64,000 bases of DNA, taken from Malacoraja senta. Its lineage: Eukaryota. The notes below the pieces were generated by a model. That model saw nothing but the letters and a program-made list of their open reading frames with translations. It was not told where the DNA came from and did not search any database. This document shows positions 1 through 11,887 of the stretch, one piece after another (the first letter of the stretch is position 1; the number at the start of each line of letters is the position of its first letter). Position numbers and translations under genes: made by a program. The DNA is taken from contig CM075997.1 in assembly GCA_038087875.1 (NCBI GenBank), positions 8,062,001 to 8,126,000 of the forward strand, in the 5' to 3' direction.

Positions 1-65
1 GGAATGAATTGCAAAGTTTGCAAGAAGGGCCTGATCATGAAACATCAGTTCTCCCTGGTATAGCG

Positions 66-1166
66 CCATATAGTGTGGAAACAAGACCTTTGGTCCAACT
101 TTCCCACACCGACCTAAATGTCCCACCTGCCTGCATTTGGCTCATATCCCTCTAAATTTGTCCTGTCCATGTACCTGTCTAAACATTTCTTAAAGTTTGC
201 AAAAGTGCCTGCCTCAACTAACTACTCTGGAGTTTGTTCCATACACCCGCCACTATCAGTTGAAAAAGTTACCCTACAGGTTCCTATTAAATCTTTTCCC
301 CCTCAACTTAAACCTATTCTTGGTTTGCCTACTGTGAGCAAGAGACCCTGTGCATCTACTCCTCTCATGATTTTATACACCTCTATAAGATCATCCCTCT
401 TCCTCCTGTACTCCAAGGAATAGAGTCCCAGTCAACTCAACCTCTCCCTTTTGCTCAGACCCTCTAGTCCTGGTAACATCCTTGTAAATCTTCTATGTAC
501 CGATTTTAGCATGACAACATCTTTCCTAAAACATTGTGGCCAGAACTGAACATAATGCAGCTAAATGCAGCCTCACCAACGTCTTATAAAACTGCAACAT
601 GACCTCCCAACTTCTATGCTCAATGCTCTGACTGATGAAGGCCAATGTGACAAAAGCCTTTTTGATCAACCTATCTACCTGTGACTCCACCTTGAAGGAA
701 CCATGCACTTGCACTCCTAGATCCCTCTGCTCTACAACACTCCTCAGAGCCCTACCATTCACTGTGAAGGTCCAGCCCATGTTAGACTTCCCAAAATACA
801 TCTCACATTTATCTGTATTAAATTCAATCAACCATTCCTCAGCTCACCTGGTCAATCGATCAAGATCCTGCCTCAATTTATCATAACCATCTTCACTACC
901 AGCAAAACCACCCATTTTTGTATCATCTGCAAACTTGCTCTTATCCAAATCATTGATATAGATGACAAAGTAATGGGCCCATTACCGAACCCTGAGGCAC
1001 CCCACTACTCACAGACCTCGAGTCCGAGGAACAACCTTTCACCATCACCTTCTACTTCCTTCCATTAAGAAGACTTTCTATCCATTCAGCTTTCTCCCCT
1101 TGGATCTAACCATCCAGAGCAGCCTACCATGTGGAACCTTGTCAAATGCTTTACTGAAGTCCATGC
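66..1166 (-). mobile_element. CR1 LINE, degenerate 3' part of ORF2 (RT C-terminus and 3' UTR)
   Basis: ORF 526..831(-) EFNTDKCE...EQRDLGVQVHGSFKVESQVD is CR1 RT C-terminal sequence; multiple frameshifts. Confidence 0.8.
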
Positions 1167-1258
1167 TGAAGTACAACAACCTTATTTGACTTGCAGTTAT
1201 TTGCAATCTCCTGGCATATTAGTTCCTCTAATTACCGTTGACTATTTGTGGGTTTGTA

Positions 1259-1538
1259 GTAGAAACATAGAAAGAAACATAGAAAATAGGTGCAGAAGAG
1301 GCCATTCGGCCCTTCGAGCTAGCACCACCATTCATTGTGATTATGGCTGATCGTCCCCTATCAATAACCCGTGCCTGCTTTCTCCCCATATCCCTTGACT
1401 CCACTAGCCCCTAGAGCTCTATCTAACTCTCTCTTAAATCCATCCAGTGACCCGGCCTCCACTGCCCTCTGTGGCAGGGAATTCCATAAATTCACAACTC
1501 TCTGGGTGAAAAGGTTTTTTCTCACCTCAGTCTTAAAT
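1259..1538 (-). mobile_element. CR1 3' end, 5'-truncated, with (TTTCTATG)-type tail
   Basis: FTQRVVNLWNSLP...GYGEKAGTGY*; 3' UTR as in other copies; tail reads agaaacatag on +. Confidence 0.85.
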
Positions 1539-1540
1539 GA

Positions 1541-1822
1541 GGTGAGTACACCCCCAATAATGTAATCATTCCTTTCTTGTTCCTCAGCTCCACCCATATA
1601 GCCTCACTTGATGAACCGTCTGTAATGTCAGCTCTGACCACAGCTGTGCCATCCTCCTAAACCAATAATGTAACCCCCCTCCTCTTTTACCCTCACTCCT
1701 GTATTTCCTGAAGCACCAGTACCCCGGAACATTGAGCTGCCAGTCCTGCCGCTCTCTTAACCAAGTTTCAGTTGTGGCTACATCGTCCCATTCGCATGCA
1801 CCTATCCATGCCCTAAGCTCAT
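1541..1822 (-). mobile_element. CR1 endonuclease-domain fragment
   Basis: Minus strand reads ELRAWI and WDDVATTETWL-like, homologous to the EN starts at 39039 and 56450. Confidence 0.6.
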
Positions 1823-1835
1823 GTTCTGCCTATGA

Positions 1836-1970
1836 TGTATGGGAAGGAACTGCAGATGCTGGTTTAAACCGAAGATAGACACAAAATGCTGGAGTAACTC
1901 AGCTGCACAGGCGGCATCTCTGGACAGAAGGAATGGGTAACGTTTCGGCTTGAGACCCTTCCTCAGACTG
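1836..1970 (-). mobile_element. Penelope-derived terminal (pLTR-like) repeat with hammerhead-like core
   Basis: Matches the 3' end of the Penelope insert at 12575-12674; minus strand has CTGAGGA...GAAACGT. Confidence 0.65.
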
Positions 1971-2212
1971 AATTCTTCAGCCCTACCTGCAACTTTGGTA
2001 TAAACCAACATCTGCAATTCCTTTTTACTCCAGTCAGGTATAGTTTGCCAGCTCAATAGATCGCATGACTTCTTTCTTCTGTTGGCAGTTTATTGTTATG
2101 CGTACTGTGATACCATGATTTGCAAGGTATCCAGGTAAAAAGATCTATACATGATTACAAACAAACCCATAATTTAGAACAATATTTACTGCAAGGAGAA
2201 GAAAAACGGTGC

Positions 2213-2511
2213 AATGTAGTTTAGTTTAGTTTTGAGATACAGCGTGGAAACAGGCCCTTCAGCCCACTAAGTCCAGGCTGACCAGCAATAATCTCTAACA
2301 CAAACCAGGGACAATTTGCAACTTTACCAAGCGAATTAACTCACATACCTGAACATCTTTGTAGTGTGTGAGGAAACCGGAGATCCCAGAAAAAACCCAG
2401 GCAGATCATGCAGTAGGTACAAGCTCCGTACAATCAAGCACCTGCAGTCAGGATCAAACCCGGATCTCTGCCGCTGTATGGCAACAACTCTCCCACGGTG
2501 CCACCGTGCCA
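2213..2511 (-). mobile_element. tRNA-derived V-SINE (HE1-like)
   Basis: Minus strand starts GGCACGGTGGCAC with A/B-box-like motifs (GGTTTGATCC); CR1-like 3' end and (AAACT)n tail; homologous to 42748-42990 and 47193-47500. Confidence 0.7.
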
Positions 2512-2523
2512 CCTGCAGTGTTA

Positions 2524-2690
2524 TGGGCCTGTCCCACTTGGGTGACCTAAGCTGCGAGTTTAGAAGAGTTTGCCCTCGACTCAAACTCACAGCATGGTCG
2601 ACACGAGGTCCTAGGAGGTCGTATGATGTGGCTGGAACTCTCCTTCATGCTCGAGGGAGGTTCCCACATACTCACGGCCTCAATTAGGTC
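2524..2690. mobile_element. Truncated MITE end (PIF/Harbinger-like terminus GGGCCTGTCCCACTT)
   Basis: Same terminal motif as the 37937-38423 element, preceded by TTA; no second TIR found. Confidence 0.4.
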
Positions 2691-2989
2691 CCGAAATATC
2701 CCTTAGGTTGTGAGAGGACCTTTAAAAGGTTTAATGGTTGGTTGGCAATCCGTCCATCTATAAGAGATGATGGTGCGTATTGATGTTGTCCTGCTTGGAG
2801 AGGGGGAGTCTATCTTACAAAATATTTTTAAATGTTGTAATAATTTCTGCCTCAACTACCTTCTCTGGTATCTAATTCCTATATGCATCCCCTTTGTGCA
2901 AAGTGTAACATCTTACACTTTCTAGGGTTGAACTCCATGTGAAATTGACAATTTCAATATAAACTTCAGCAAGACATTTGATAAGGATC

Positions 2990-3445
2990 AGCATGGTGGG
3001 CTTTTTCTTTTCTTGTACATTTCATTCACCTTTTCTCTCTGTTTTCAACTCTCTTTCCCCCTCTCTTTTACTTTTATTTCTCCTCCTTTACCTCTCATTT
3101 TACAGTCCTTTTTCTCTCCCTCTCTTTCTCTCCGTTATTTTCACTTTGTTCATTTCACTATTTTTCTTTCCCTGTTTGTCCTTTCCCCCTCTCTTTTATC
3201 CTCTCTCGTTTGTTCTTTCTGCCATCCACTGTTTTGTCTCTTTCTCAATTATTTCTATGTTTCTCTTTTGCGTCTTTTTCTCTTCTTCTCTTTGTCATAC
3301 TTTTTCTCCCAATTTACTGTTTCTCTCTTTACCTTGTTACCTTTTTCTCATTTCCTTTTTCTCTCTTTCTGTTTTTTCTCTGTTTCTCACTTTTTTTTTC
3401 TCTCTTCATTGCTTTCTTCTTTCATTTCTCTCTCCTTTTTTTGAG
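2990..3445. repeat. Low-complexity polypyrimidine tract; inverted copy at ~23320-23770
   Basis: Mostly C/T; the overlapping F/L/S-rich ORFs are compositional artefacts. Confidence 0.9.
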
Positions 3446-4495
3446 TCACAGTAATACAACTTGGAAACAGGCTCTTTGATCCAACTTGCTCATGCCAACC
3501 AAGATGCCTCATCTCCACGAGTCACACCGATCTGCATTTGCTCCATGTCCTTCTCAACCTATCCTATCCATGTACCTAGAGTCATATAGTCATAGAACGA
3601 TACAGTGTGGAAAAAGGCCCATCGACCCAACTCGCTCACACCGGCCAACAATATCCCAGCTACACTAGTCCCACTTGCCTGCACTTGGTCCATATCCCTC
3701 CAAACCTGTCCTATCCATGTACCTGTCAAACTGTTTCTTAAATGATGGGATAGTCACAGCCTCAACTACCTCCTCTGGCAGCTTGTTCCATACACCCACC
3801 ACCTTTTGTACGAAAAAGTTACTCCTCGGATTCCTATTAAATCTTTTCCACTTTACCTTGAACTTATGTCCTCTGGTCCACGATTCCCCGACTCTGGGCA
3901 AAGGCTCTGTGCATGTACCCGATCAATTCCTCTCATGATTTTGTATTTCTCTATAAGATCTCCCCTCATCCTCCTGCGCTCTATGGAATAAAGATCCACC
4001 CTACTGAACCTCACCCTATAGCTCACACCCTCTAGTCCTGGCAACATACTCGTAAATCTTCTCTGAACCCTTTCAAGTTTGACAATATCTTTCTTATACA
4101 TGGTGCACAGAACTGAACACAATATTTTAAATATCTCCAACATCTTATACAATTGCAACATGACCTCCCAACTTCTATACTCAATACTCTGATTGATGAA
4201 GGCCAATCTACAGCTCTGCCCTCTTCAACCTTTTTGGTCACGCCTTCAAAATAATCCACCAGACTTGTGGGAGACGACCGCCCACGTACATAACCATGCT
4301 GACTATTCCTAATCAGCCCTTGCCCATCCAATGCCTGTGTAACTTACCCCTCCAAATACTCTCCAGTAACTTACCAACTACAGATGTTAAGCTCACTGGC
4401 CTATTCCCAGCATTTTCTATCCAGCCCTTCTTGAAAAGAGGCACAACATTTGCCATCCTCCAGTCTTCTGGCACCTCTCCTGTATTTAAGGACCT
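3446..4495 (-). mobile_element. Stacked CR1 fragments within duplicated segment copy 1
   Basis: ORFs 3665..3901, 3853..4206 and 4313..4501 give CR1 RT motifs (PEDWRMANVVPLFKKG, LERVQRRFT). Confidence 0.8.
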
Positions 4496-5113
4496 GTCCA
4501 AATGTATTTAAAATGCTGCGATAGAACTGTCGTCCTCTGGTGACTTATACCATACATCAACTGCTCTTTGTATGAAAAATGTGCCCCTTAGATTTCTTTC
4601 ACCTATCACAAACGTGTATCCTATGGTTCGTGCTTCTACTACTCTGGGTAAAAGATGCGGGCAAATTGGACTATTGTAGCTGGGACATGTTGGCCGGTGT
4701 TGGCAAGTTGAGCTGAAGGGCCTGTCTCCACACTGTATCACTCTGTGACTAAGGAAGAAAGAGAAAAGGGGAGACAAAGAAAAGAGAAACAAATATTTTT
4801 AAAAGGGGAACACAAAAGGCAAGAAAGGGGGAAAATGGGAGAGAAAGCAGAGGAAAAGAGACAATCAAGGGAAGGGGAGAGAAAAAGAGAGAATGAGAAA
4901 GATGAGTGAAAAGGACAGGAAGAGAGTGGGAAGTAAATTGTGAGAAAGGAAAACGAGAAAAAGAGAGATCAAAGGCAAAGGGAAAAAGGAGCAAGAGAGA
5001 AAATAATAGAAAATGAATGCCCACACCGGCCAACATGTACAAGCTACACTTGTCTCACCTGCCTGCATTTGGTCCATAACCCTCTAAACCTGTGCTATCC
5101 ATATACCTGACTA

Positions 5114-6147
5114 TAGCAATGTTACAAAATTTTGAGATTTTAAAAATCAAGTCTGCAATTTATCCCATCAGATAAAGCATAAAAAGAAGTTTAATTTGAC
5201 ACCTAATTCAGTTTCATATCTGCAGTATTAAAAATGTTATGGCCATTTTCATACTCGGAAATTAGCATATTGTCCCCTATTGCTTTTCCATTGACTTAGC
5301 ACAAAAGCTGTGATCAAGGACAGTCAAAAGCCCATACCTTTCTTAAAAATTAAGAGAACTTAATGAAATTTTCAGTTATTATTGATTGAAGCATTCTGAA
5401 ACAAATATGAAACAATCTTACTTGGATGACCTGAAATTAAAGCATATAATTAGTTAGTTACCCAATTGTAGCTAATTACAAAATACAATTACTAGGTCTA
5501 AATATCTATCCATTTCTTAAGAAAAAGTTAACATTTTTAAAAAGCCTAAGTTTCCAAATAACACTCACACAAGAATTCACAATATAACATTATTTTTAAA
5601 TCTCATTGTCATTAATTTATAGGCCAAATGGAAGGAATTTAGTGTTTAATTCCTATAAATTAATGGCCATTTAAATCATCTTGCGAGTGGGATTTTGTGG
5701 AACGCGCTGGTTTGGAACGCTGCGGTTGCACTGAATTAAATCCCAATATCGGCAGGAAAATGCTGCGGGTTGGTATATTTAAATAATCACATTTTGGCAA
5801 CTTGAAATTTTTATTAAAGGCATCCTAAGAAGCAAGTTTATATGAAAAAATAAATGGTGTACCTTGCCTTGTCCCGTGCGTGAAATCCGTCCCGTTGTCG
5901 GCGTTGACGGCATTTGAAGATGATTTTAATTTTTCTCCAACAATTAAATTATAAAGCGCTAATTTTAATAAACTTAATAAAACGGCAGTCGAAGCGATTC
6001 AACTATTTAGCCTGTTCAAGATCGTTTAGAACAGGCTGCCGATAAATCGCATTCTAAACCTGCCCCCCTCTCAAAGGTGCCAAAGTTGCGCACACGGGCA
6101 GTGACAAAACTGCAGCGCCGCTGAAGGTAAGTTTTGTAACATACCTA
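5114..6147. mobile_element. Non-autonomous DNA transposon, 1034 bp, 16-bp imperfect TIRs, 7-bp TSD
   Basis: Left TAGCAATGTTACAAAA, right TTTTGTAACATACCTA (14/16 match); TSD CTGACTA at 5107-5113 and 6148-6154; empty site in the inverted paralog near 10880-10895. Confidence 0.85.
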
Positions 6148-6299
6148 CTGACTATAGACACAAAAAGCTGGAGCAATTCAGTGGGACATGCAGCATTTCT
6201 GGAGAGAAGGAATGGGTGACCTTTCGGGTTGAGACTACTTCAGTTGAACATCTGTTCCAGGCAAAAATCAGTTTTATCTTCGAAAAACAGTTCCTTCCT

Positions 6300-7350
6300 A
6301 CACAAGTACCTATCCAACTGTTTCTTAAATGTTGGGATAGTCCCTGTCTCAACTACCTACTCTGGGAGATTGTTCCATACACCCACCAACCCTTTGTGGG
6401 GAAAGATTACCCCTCAGATTCCTATTAAATCTTTTCCACTTCACCTTAAACCTATGTCCTCTGGTCCTTGATTCACCTACTCTGGACAAGAGACTCTGGG
6501 CATCGACCTGATCTCTTCCTCTGATGATTTATACACCTTTATAATAAGATCACACCTCATCCTTCTGCACTCCAAGGAATAGAGTCCCAGCCTACTCAAC
6601 CTCTCCCTATTGTTCAGACATTCTGATCCTGGCAACCTCCTTGTAAAATTTCTCGGTACCCTTTCCAGCTTGACAACATCTTTCCTACAACATGGTGCCC
6701 AGAACTGAACACAATATTCTAAACGCGACCTAGCCAACATCTTATACAACTGCAACATGAACTCCCAGCTTCTGTACTCAATACTCTGACTGATGAAGGC
6801 CAATGTGGCAAATGCCTTTTTGACATCTCTATCTACATGCGACTCCACCTTCAAGGAACCAAGCACCTGCACTCCTAAATCCCTCTGCTCTTCAACACTC
6901 CCCAGAGCCCTACCATTCACTGTGTTACATAGAAACATAGAAAATAGGTGCAGGAGTAGGCCATTCGGCCCTTTGAGCCTGCACCGCCATTCAATATGAT
7001 CATGGCTGATCATCCAACTCAGTATCCTGTACCTGCCTTCTCTCCATACCCCCTGATCCCTTTTGCCACAAGGGCCACATCTAACTCCCTATTAAATATA
7101 GTCAATGAACTATCCTCAACTACCTTCTGTGGCAGAGAATTCCACAGATTCACCACTCTCAGTGTAAAAAATGATTTTCTCATCTCGGTCCTAAAAGACT
7201 TCCCCCTTATCCTGAAACTGTGACCCCTTGTTCTGGACTTTCCCAACATCCGGAATAATCTTCCTGCATCGAGCCTGTCCAACCACTTAAGAATAGATAT
7301 AGATATAAGAATAAGAGTAGATATTGCCCATCTTAGACTTCGCAAAATGC
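6300..7350 (-). mobile_element. CR1 3' fragment interrupted by a second CR1 3' fragment (~6925-7293)
   Basis: ORF 6477..7013 gives CR1 RT C-terminus; inner copy has its own tail at 6927; empty site CATTCACTGTG|TAGAT at ~26541-26556. Confidence 0.8.
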
Positions 7351-7510
7351 AACACCTCACATTTCACTGTAGAGTTTCGAATATTCCATCGACCATTCCT
7401 CAATCCACCAGACCAATCGATCAAGAACCTGGTGCAATTTTTCACAATTCCTGCTGCAATTCCAGCAGGGGGAATCCGGGAGGTGACTAATCAATGGAGA
7501 CTGTTCTATG

Positions 7511-7635
7511 TAGCAATGTTAGAACATTTTGAGATTTTAAAAATCAAGTCTGCAATTTATCTCATCAGATAAAGCATGAAAAGAAGTTTAATTTGACACC
7601 TAATTCACTTTTACATCTTCAGTATTAAAAAATTT
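7511..7635. mobile_element. Left end of a second copy of the 5114-6147 DNA transposon, truncated by CR1
   Basis: TAGCAATGTTAGAACATTTTGAGATTTTAAAAATCAAG matches 5114 onward; empty site at ~26735. Confidence 0.8.
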
Positions 7636-10600
7636 ATAGAAACATAGAAAATAGGTGCAGGAGGAGACCATTTTGGCCCTTCGAGCCAGCACCGCCATTC
7701 ATTTTGATCATGGCTGATCGTCCCCTATCAATAATCCGTGCCTGCCTTCTCCCCATATCCCTTGACTCCACTAGCCGCTAGAGCTCTATCTAACTCTCTC
7801 TTAAATCCATCCAGTGACTTGGCCTCCACTGCTCTCTGTGGCAGGGAATTCCATAAATTCACAACTCTCTGGGTGAAAAGTTTTTTCTCACCTCAGTCTT
7901 AAATGACCTCCCCTTTATTCTAAGACTGTGGCCCCTGGTTCTGGACTCGCACCACATTGGGAACATTTTTCCTGCATTTAGCTTGTCCAGTCCTTTTATA
8001 ATTTTATATGTTTCTATAAGATCCCCCCTCATCACTCTAAACTCCAGTGAATACAAGCCTAGTCTTTTCAATCTTTCCTCATATGACAGTCCCGCCATCC
8101 CAGTGAACGGGACTGTCATATGAGGAATCTCGTGAACCTACGCTGCACTGCCTCATTCACAAGGATGTCCTTCCTCAAATTAGGAGACCAAAACTGTACA
8201 CAATACTCCAGATGTGTTCTCACCAGAGCCCTATACAACTGCAGAAGAACCTCTTTACTCCTATACTGAAATCGTCTTGTTATGAAGGCTAACATTCCAT
8301 TAGCTTTCTTCACTACCTGCCGTACCGTAAGTCAACTTTCAGTGACCGGTGTAAAAGGACGCCCAAGTCTCGCTGCACCTCCCCCTTACCTAACCTAACC
8401 CCATTGAGATAATAATCTGCCCCCTTGTTTTTGCCGCCAAAGTGGATAACCTCACATTTATCTATATTATACTGCATCTGCCACGCATCTGCCCACTCAC
8501 TCAACCTGTCCAGGTCACCCTGCAACCTCCTAACATCCTCTTCACAGTTCACCCTGCCACCCAGCTTTGTGTCATCTGCAAAGTTGCTAGTGTTGCTCCT
8601 AATTCCCTCTTCCAAATCATTAATATATATGGTAAACAGTTGCGGCCCCAACACCGAGCCTTGCGGCACTCCACTCGCCACTGCCTGCCATTCTGAAAAG
8701 GACCCATTCACTCCTACTCTTTGCTTCCATTCTGCCAACCAATTTTCTATCCATGTCAACACCTTACCCCCAATACCATGTGCTCTAATTTTAGTCACCA
8801 GTCTCCCGTGCGGGACCTTATTCAAGGCTTTCTGAAAGTCTAGATACACTACATCCACTGGCACCCCTTCATCCATTTTACTTGTCACATTCTCAAAAAA
8901 TTCCAGAAGATTAGTCAAGCATTATTTCCTTTTCATAAATCCATGTTGACTTGGACTAATCCTTTTACCGCTATCCAAATGCCCCATTATTACCTCTTTA
9001 ATAATTGACTCCAGCATCTTTCCCACCACCGAAGTCAGGCTAACTGGTCTGTAATTCCCCGTTTTCTCTCTCTCGCTCCTTTCTTGAAAAGTGGGATAAC
9101 ATTAGCTATCCTCCAATCCACTGGAACTGATCCTGAATCTATTGAACATTGGAAAATGATCACCAATGCGTCCACTATTTCTAGAGCCACCTCCCTGAGG
9201 ACCCTGTGATGCAGACCATCAGGCCCAGGGGATTTATCATCCTTCAGTCCCATTAGCCTACCCAATACTATTTCTCACCTAATGAAAATTTATTTCAGTT
9301 CCTCTACCCCCTTAGATCGTCTGTCCTCCAGTACATCTGGGAGATTGTTTGTGTCTTCCTATGTGATGACAGATACAAAGTACATATTTAACTCCTCTGC
9401 CATTTCCTTGTTGCCCATAATAATTTCACCCGTGCCTGCCTTCAAGGGACCCCCATTTGACTTTGTTACTCTTTTACCCTTAACATATCGAAAGAAGCTT
9501 TTACTGTCCTTCTTTATATTCCTGGCCAGCTTCCCCTCGTACTTCATCTTTTCAGCCCGTATTGCCCGTTTTGTTTCCTACTGTTGTCCTATGAAAGTTT
9601 CCCAATCCTCTGGCTCCCGGCTACTCTTTGCAGTGTTATACATCTTTTCTATTAGTTTTATTCTATCCATAACATCTCTTGTCAGCCACGGTTGCCTCCT
9701 ACTCCCCTTAGAATATTTCTTCCTTTTTGGAATGAAATTATCCTGCGTCTCCCGGATTATGCCCAGAAATTCCTGAAATTGCTGTTCCACCATCATTCCT
9801 GCTAGGATCCCAATCCAGTCTACTTTGGCCAGCCTTCATAGTCCCCTTTGTTCAACTGCATCACTGCCACTTCCGATTTAACGTTCTCCTTCTCAAATTG
9901 CAGGTTAAAACAAATCATATTATGATCACTACCTCCAAGCGGTTCCTTTACCTCGAGTTCTCTTATCATATCTGGTTCATTGGACAACACTAAATCCAGA
10001 ATTGGCTTTTCTCTGGTCGGCTCCATTACAAGCTGCTCTAAGAATCCATCTCAGAAGCATTCCAGAAACTCTTTCTTGGAGTCCTGAACCAATCTGATTT
10101 TCCCAGTCTACCTGCATATTGAAATCCCCCATCACCACAGTGGCATTACCTTTGTTACATGCCAGTTTTAACTCCTGCTGCAACTTACACCCTACATCCA
10201 GGCTACTATTTGGGGGTCTGTAAATAACACCAATTAGTGTCTTCTTGCCTTTATAATTCCTCAACTGAATCCATAGTGACTCTACCTCGTCAGTCCCGAT
10301 ATCTTCCCTCGCAAGGGACTGAATTCAATCCCTCACCAGCAGAGCTACCCCCCTCCTCTGCCCACCTGCCTGTCCTTTCTATAGGATGTATAACCATGAA
10401 TATTAAGTTCCCAGGCCCGATTCTCCTGCAGCCACATCTCAGTAATCCCCACAATGTCATATCTACCAACCTGTAACTGAGCCTCAAGCTCATCTACTTT
10501 ACTTCTTATACTTCGCGCATTCTTATACAATACCTTTAATTCCTTACGCACCTCACCTTTCACATCGATCCCTATTACACTTGACCATACACTCCTATCC

Positions 10601-10725
10601 CTTTGTGAGCGTACTTTCCCGTTAATTCTGGGGTCATTAACCCTCCCTTTACACTCTTTCCCTTTTACTCCTTCCTGGACTATCCCATTTCAAACCCCAC
10701 CCCCCTTATTCAGTTTAAAACCACC
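7636..10725 (-). mobile_element. CR1 with entire degenerate ORF2 (APE endonuclease + RT), truncated near the ORF1 stop
   Basis: ORFs 10345..10563 (NARSIRSKVDEL), 9977..10264 (YRPPN, GDFN) and 8313..8918 ([13 protein letters not shown]); tail at 7636. Confidence 0.9.
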
Positions 10726-11887
10726 TACACATGTGTAGGAAGGAACTGTTTTTCGAATATAAAACTGATTTTTGCCTGGAACAGATTGTTCAACTGAAGG
10801 AGTCTCAACCCGAAAGGTCACCCATTCCTTCTCTCCAGAAATGCTGCCTGTCCCACTGAATTGCTCCAGCTTTTTGTGTCTATAGTCAGGTATATGGATA
10901 GGACAGGTTTAGAGGGATATGGACCAAATGCAGGCAGGTGAGACAAGTGTAGCTTGTACATGTTGCCCGGTGTGGGCATTCATTTTCTATTCTTTTCTCT
11001 CTTGCTCCTTTTTTACAGGCCACCTAACAGTAGTAGTGGAGTTGGGGATGGCATCAAACAGGAAATTAGAAATGCGTGCAACAAAGGTAAAACGGTTATA
11101 ATGGGTGACTTCAATCTAAAAATACATTGGGTGAATCAAGTTGGCAGGGGTGCTGAGGAAGAGGATTTCTTGAAATGTATGCGGGATAGTTTCCTAAATC
11201 AACATGTAGAGGAACCAGCGAGAGAGCAGGCTATTCTAGACTGGGTATTGAGTCTAGACAGAGGCCCGAGAGCCGTTGGAGCGTTCGCAGAGGGAGGAGC
11301 TACACCCGAGCGGTAGGAGTTAAAGTGGAGCGCGGGGCTTGTTCCTTACAGAGGCTCGAGAGCCGTTGGAGCGGTCGCAGAGGGAGGAGGAACCGAAATC
11401 TGTAACGTTCCAAGTTCCACTCGCACTTCAAAAACACTTCAAAAACAAGTGGGCTTAAGGAAGCCGCTGATTGGTGGAAGCAGACAAGAGGGAGCAGCTG
11501 ATTGGGAGTCAGATCCCTGCTGATTGTAGTGTATTGTAGCAGTTTGTTTTGTATTGTATCCTAGGTAAGGGGGGAGTATGAGGGCCAGGGTAGTTTACTG
11601 TTCTGGATGTCAGATGTGGGAAGTCATGGAGTCTGATAGCCCTCCAGACGTCCACATCTGCGCCAGGTGTATCGAGATGGGGCTCCTAATGGACCGTATT
11701 AGGAACCTGGAGCAGCAGCTCGATGACCTCCGTCTGGTCAGGGAGAGCGAGGAAGTCATTGAGAGGAGTTACAGGGAGGTGGTCACTCCAAGACCACAGG
11801 AGGCAGGCAAGTGGATCACATTTGGGAGAGGCAAGGGGCACAGGCAGGGACTAGAGAGTACCCCGGTGGCTGTACACCTTGACAATA

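Noticed and set aside
2978..3479. Long hydrophobic F/L/S-rich ORFs (also 4749-5042, 23187-23775, 25249-25821) resembling membrane proteins
   Set aside because: They are translations of polypyrimidine tracts, open in several frames because stops are compositionally rare.
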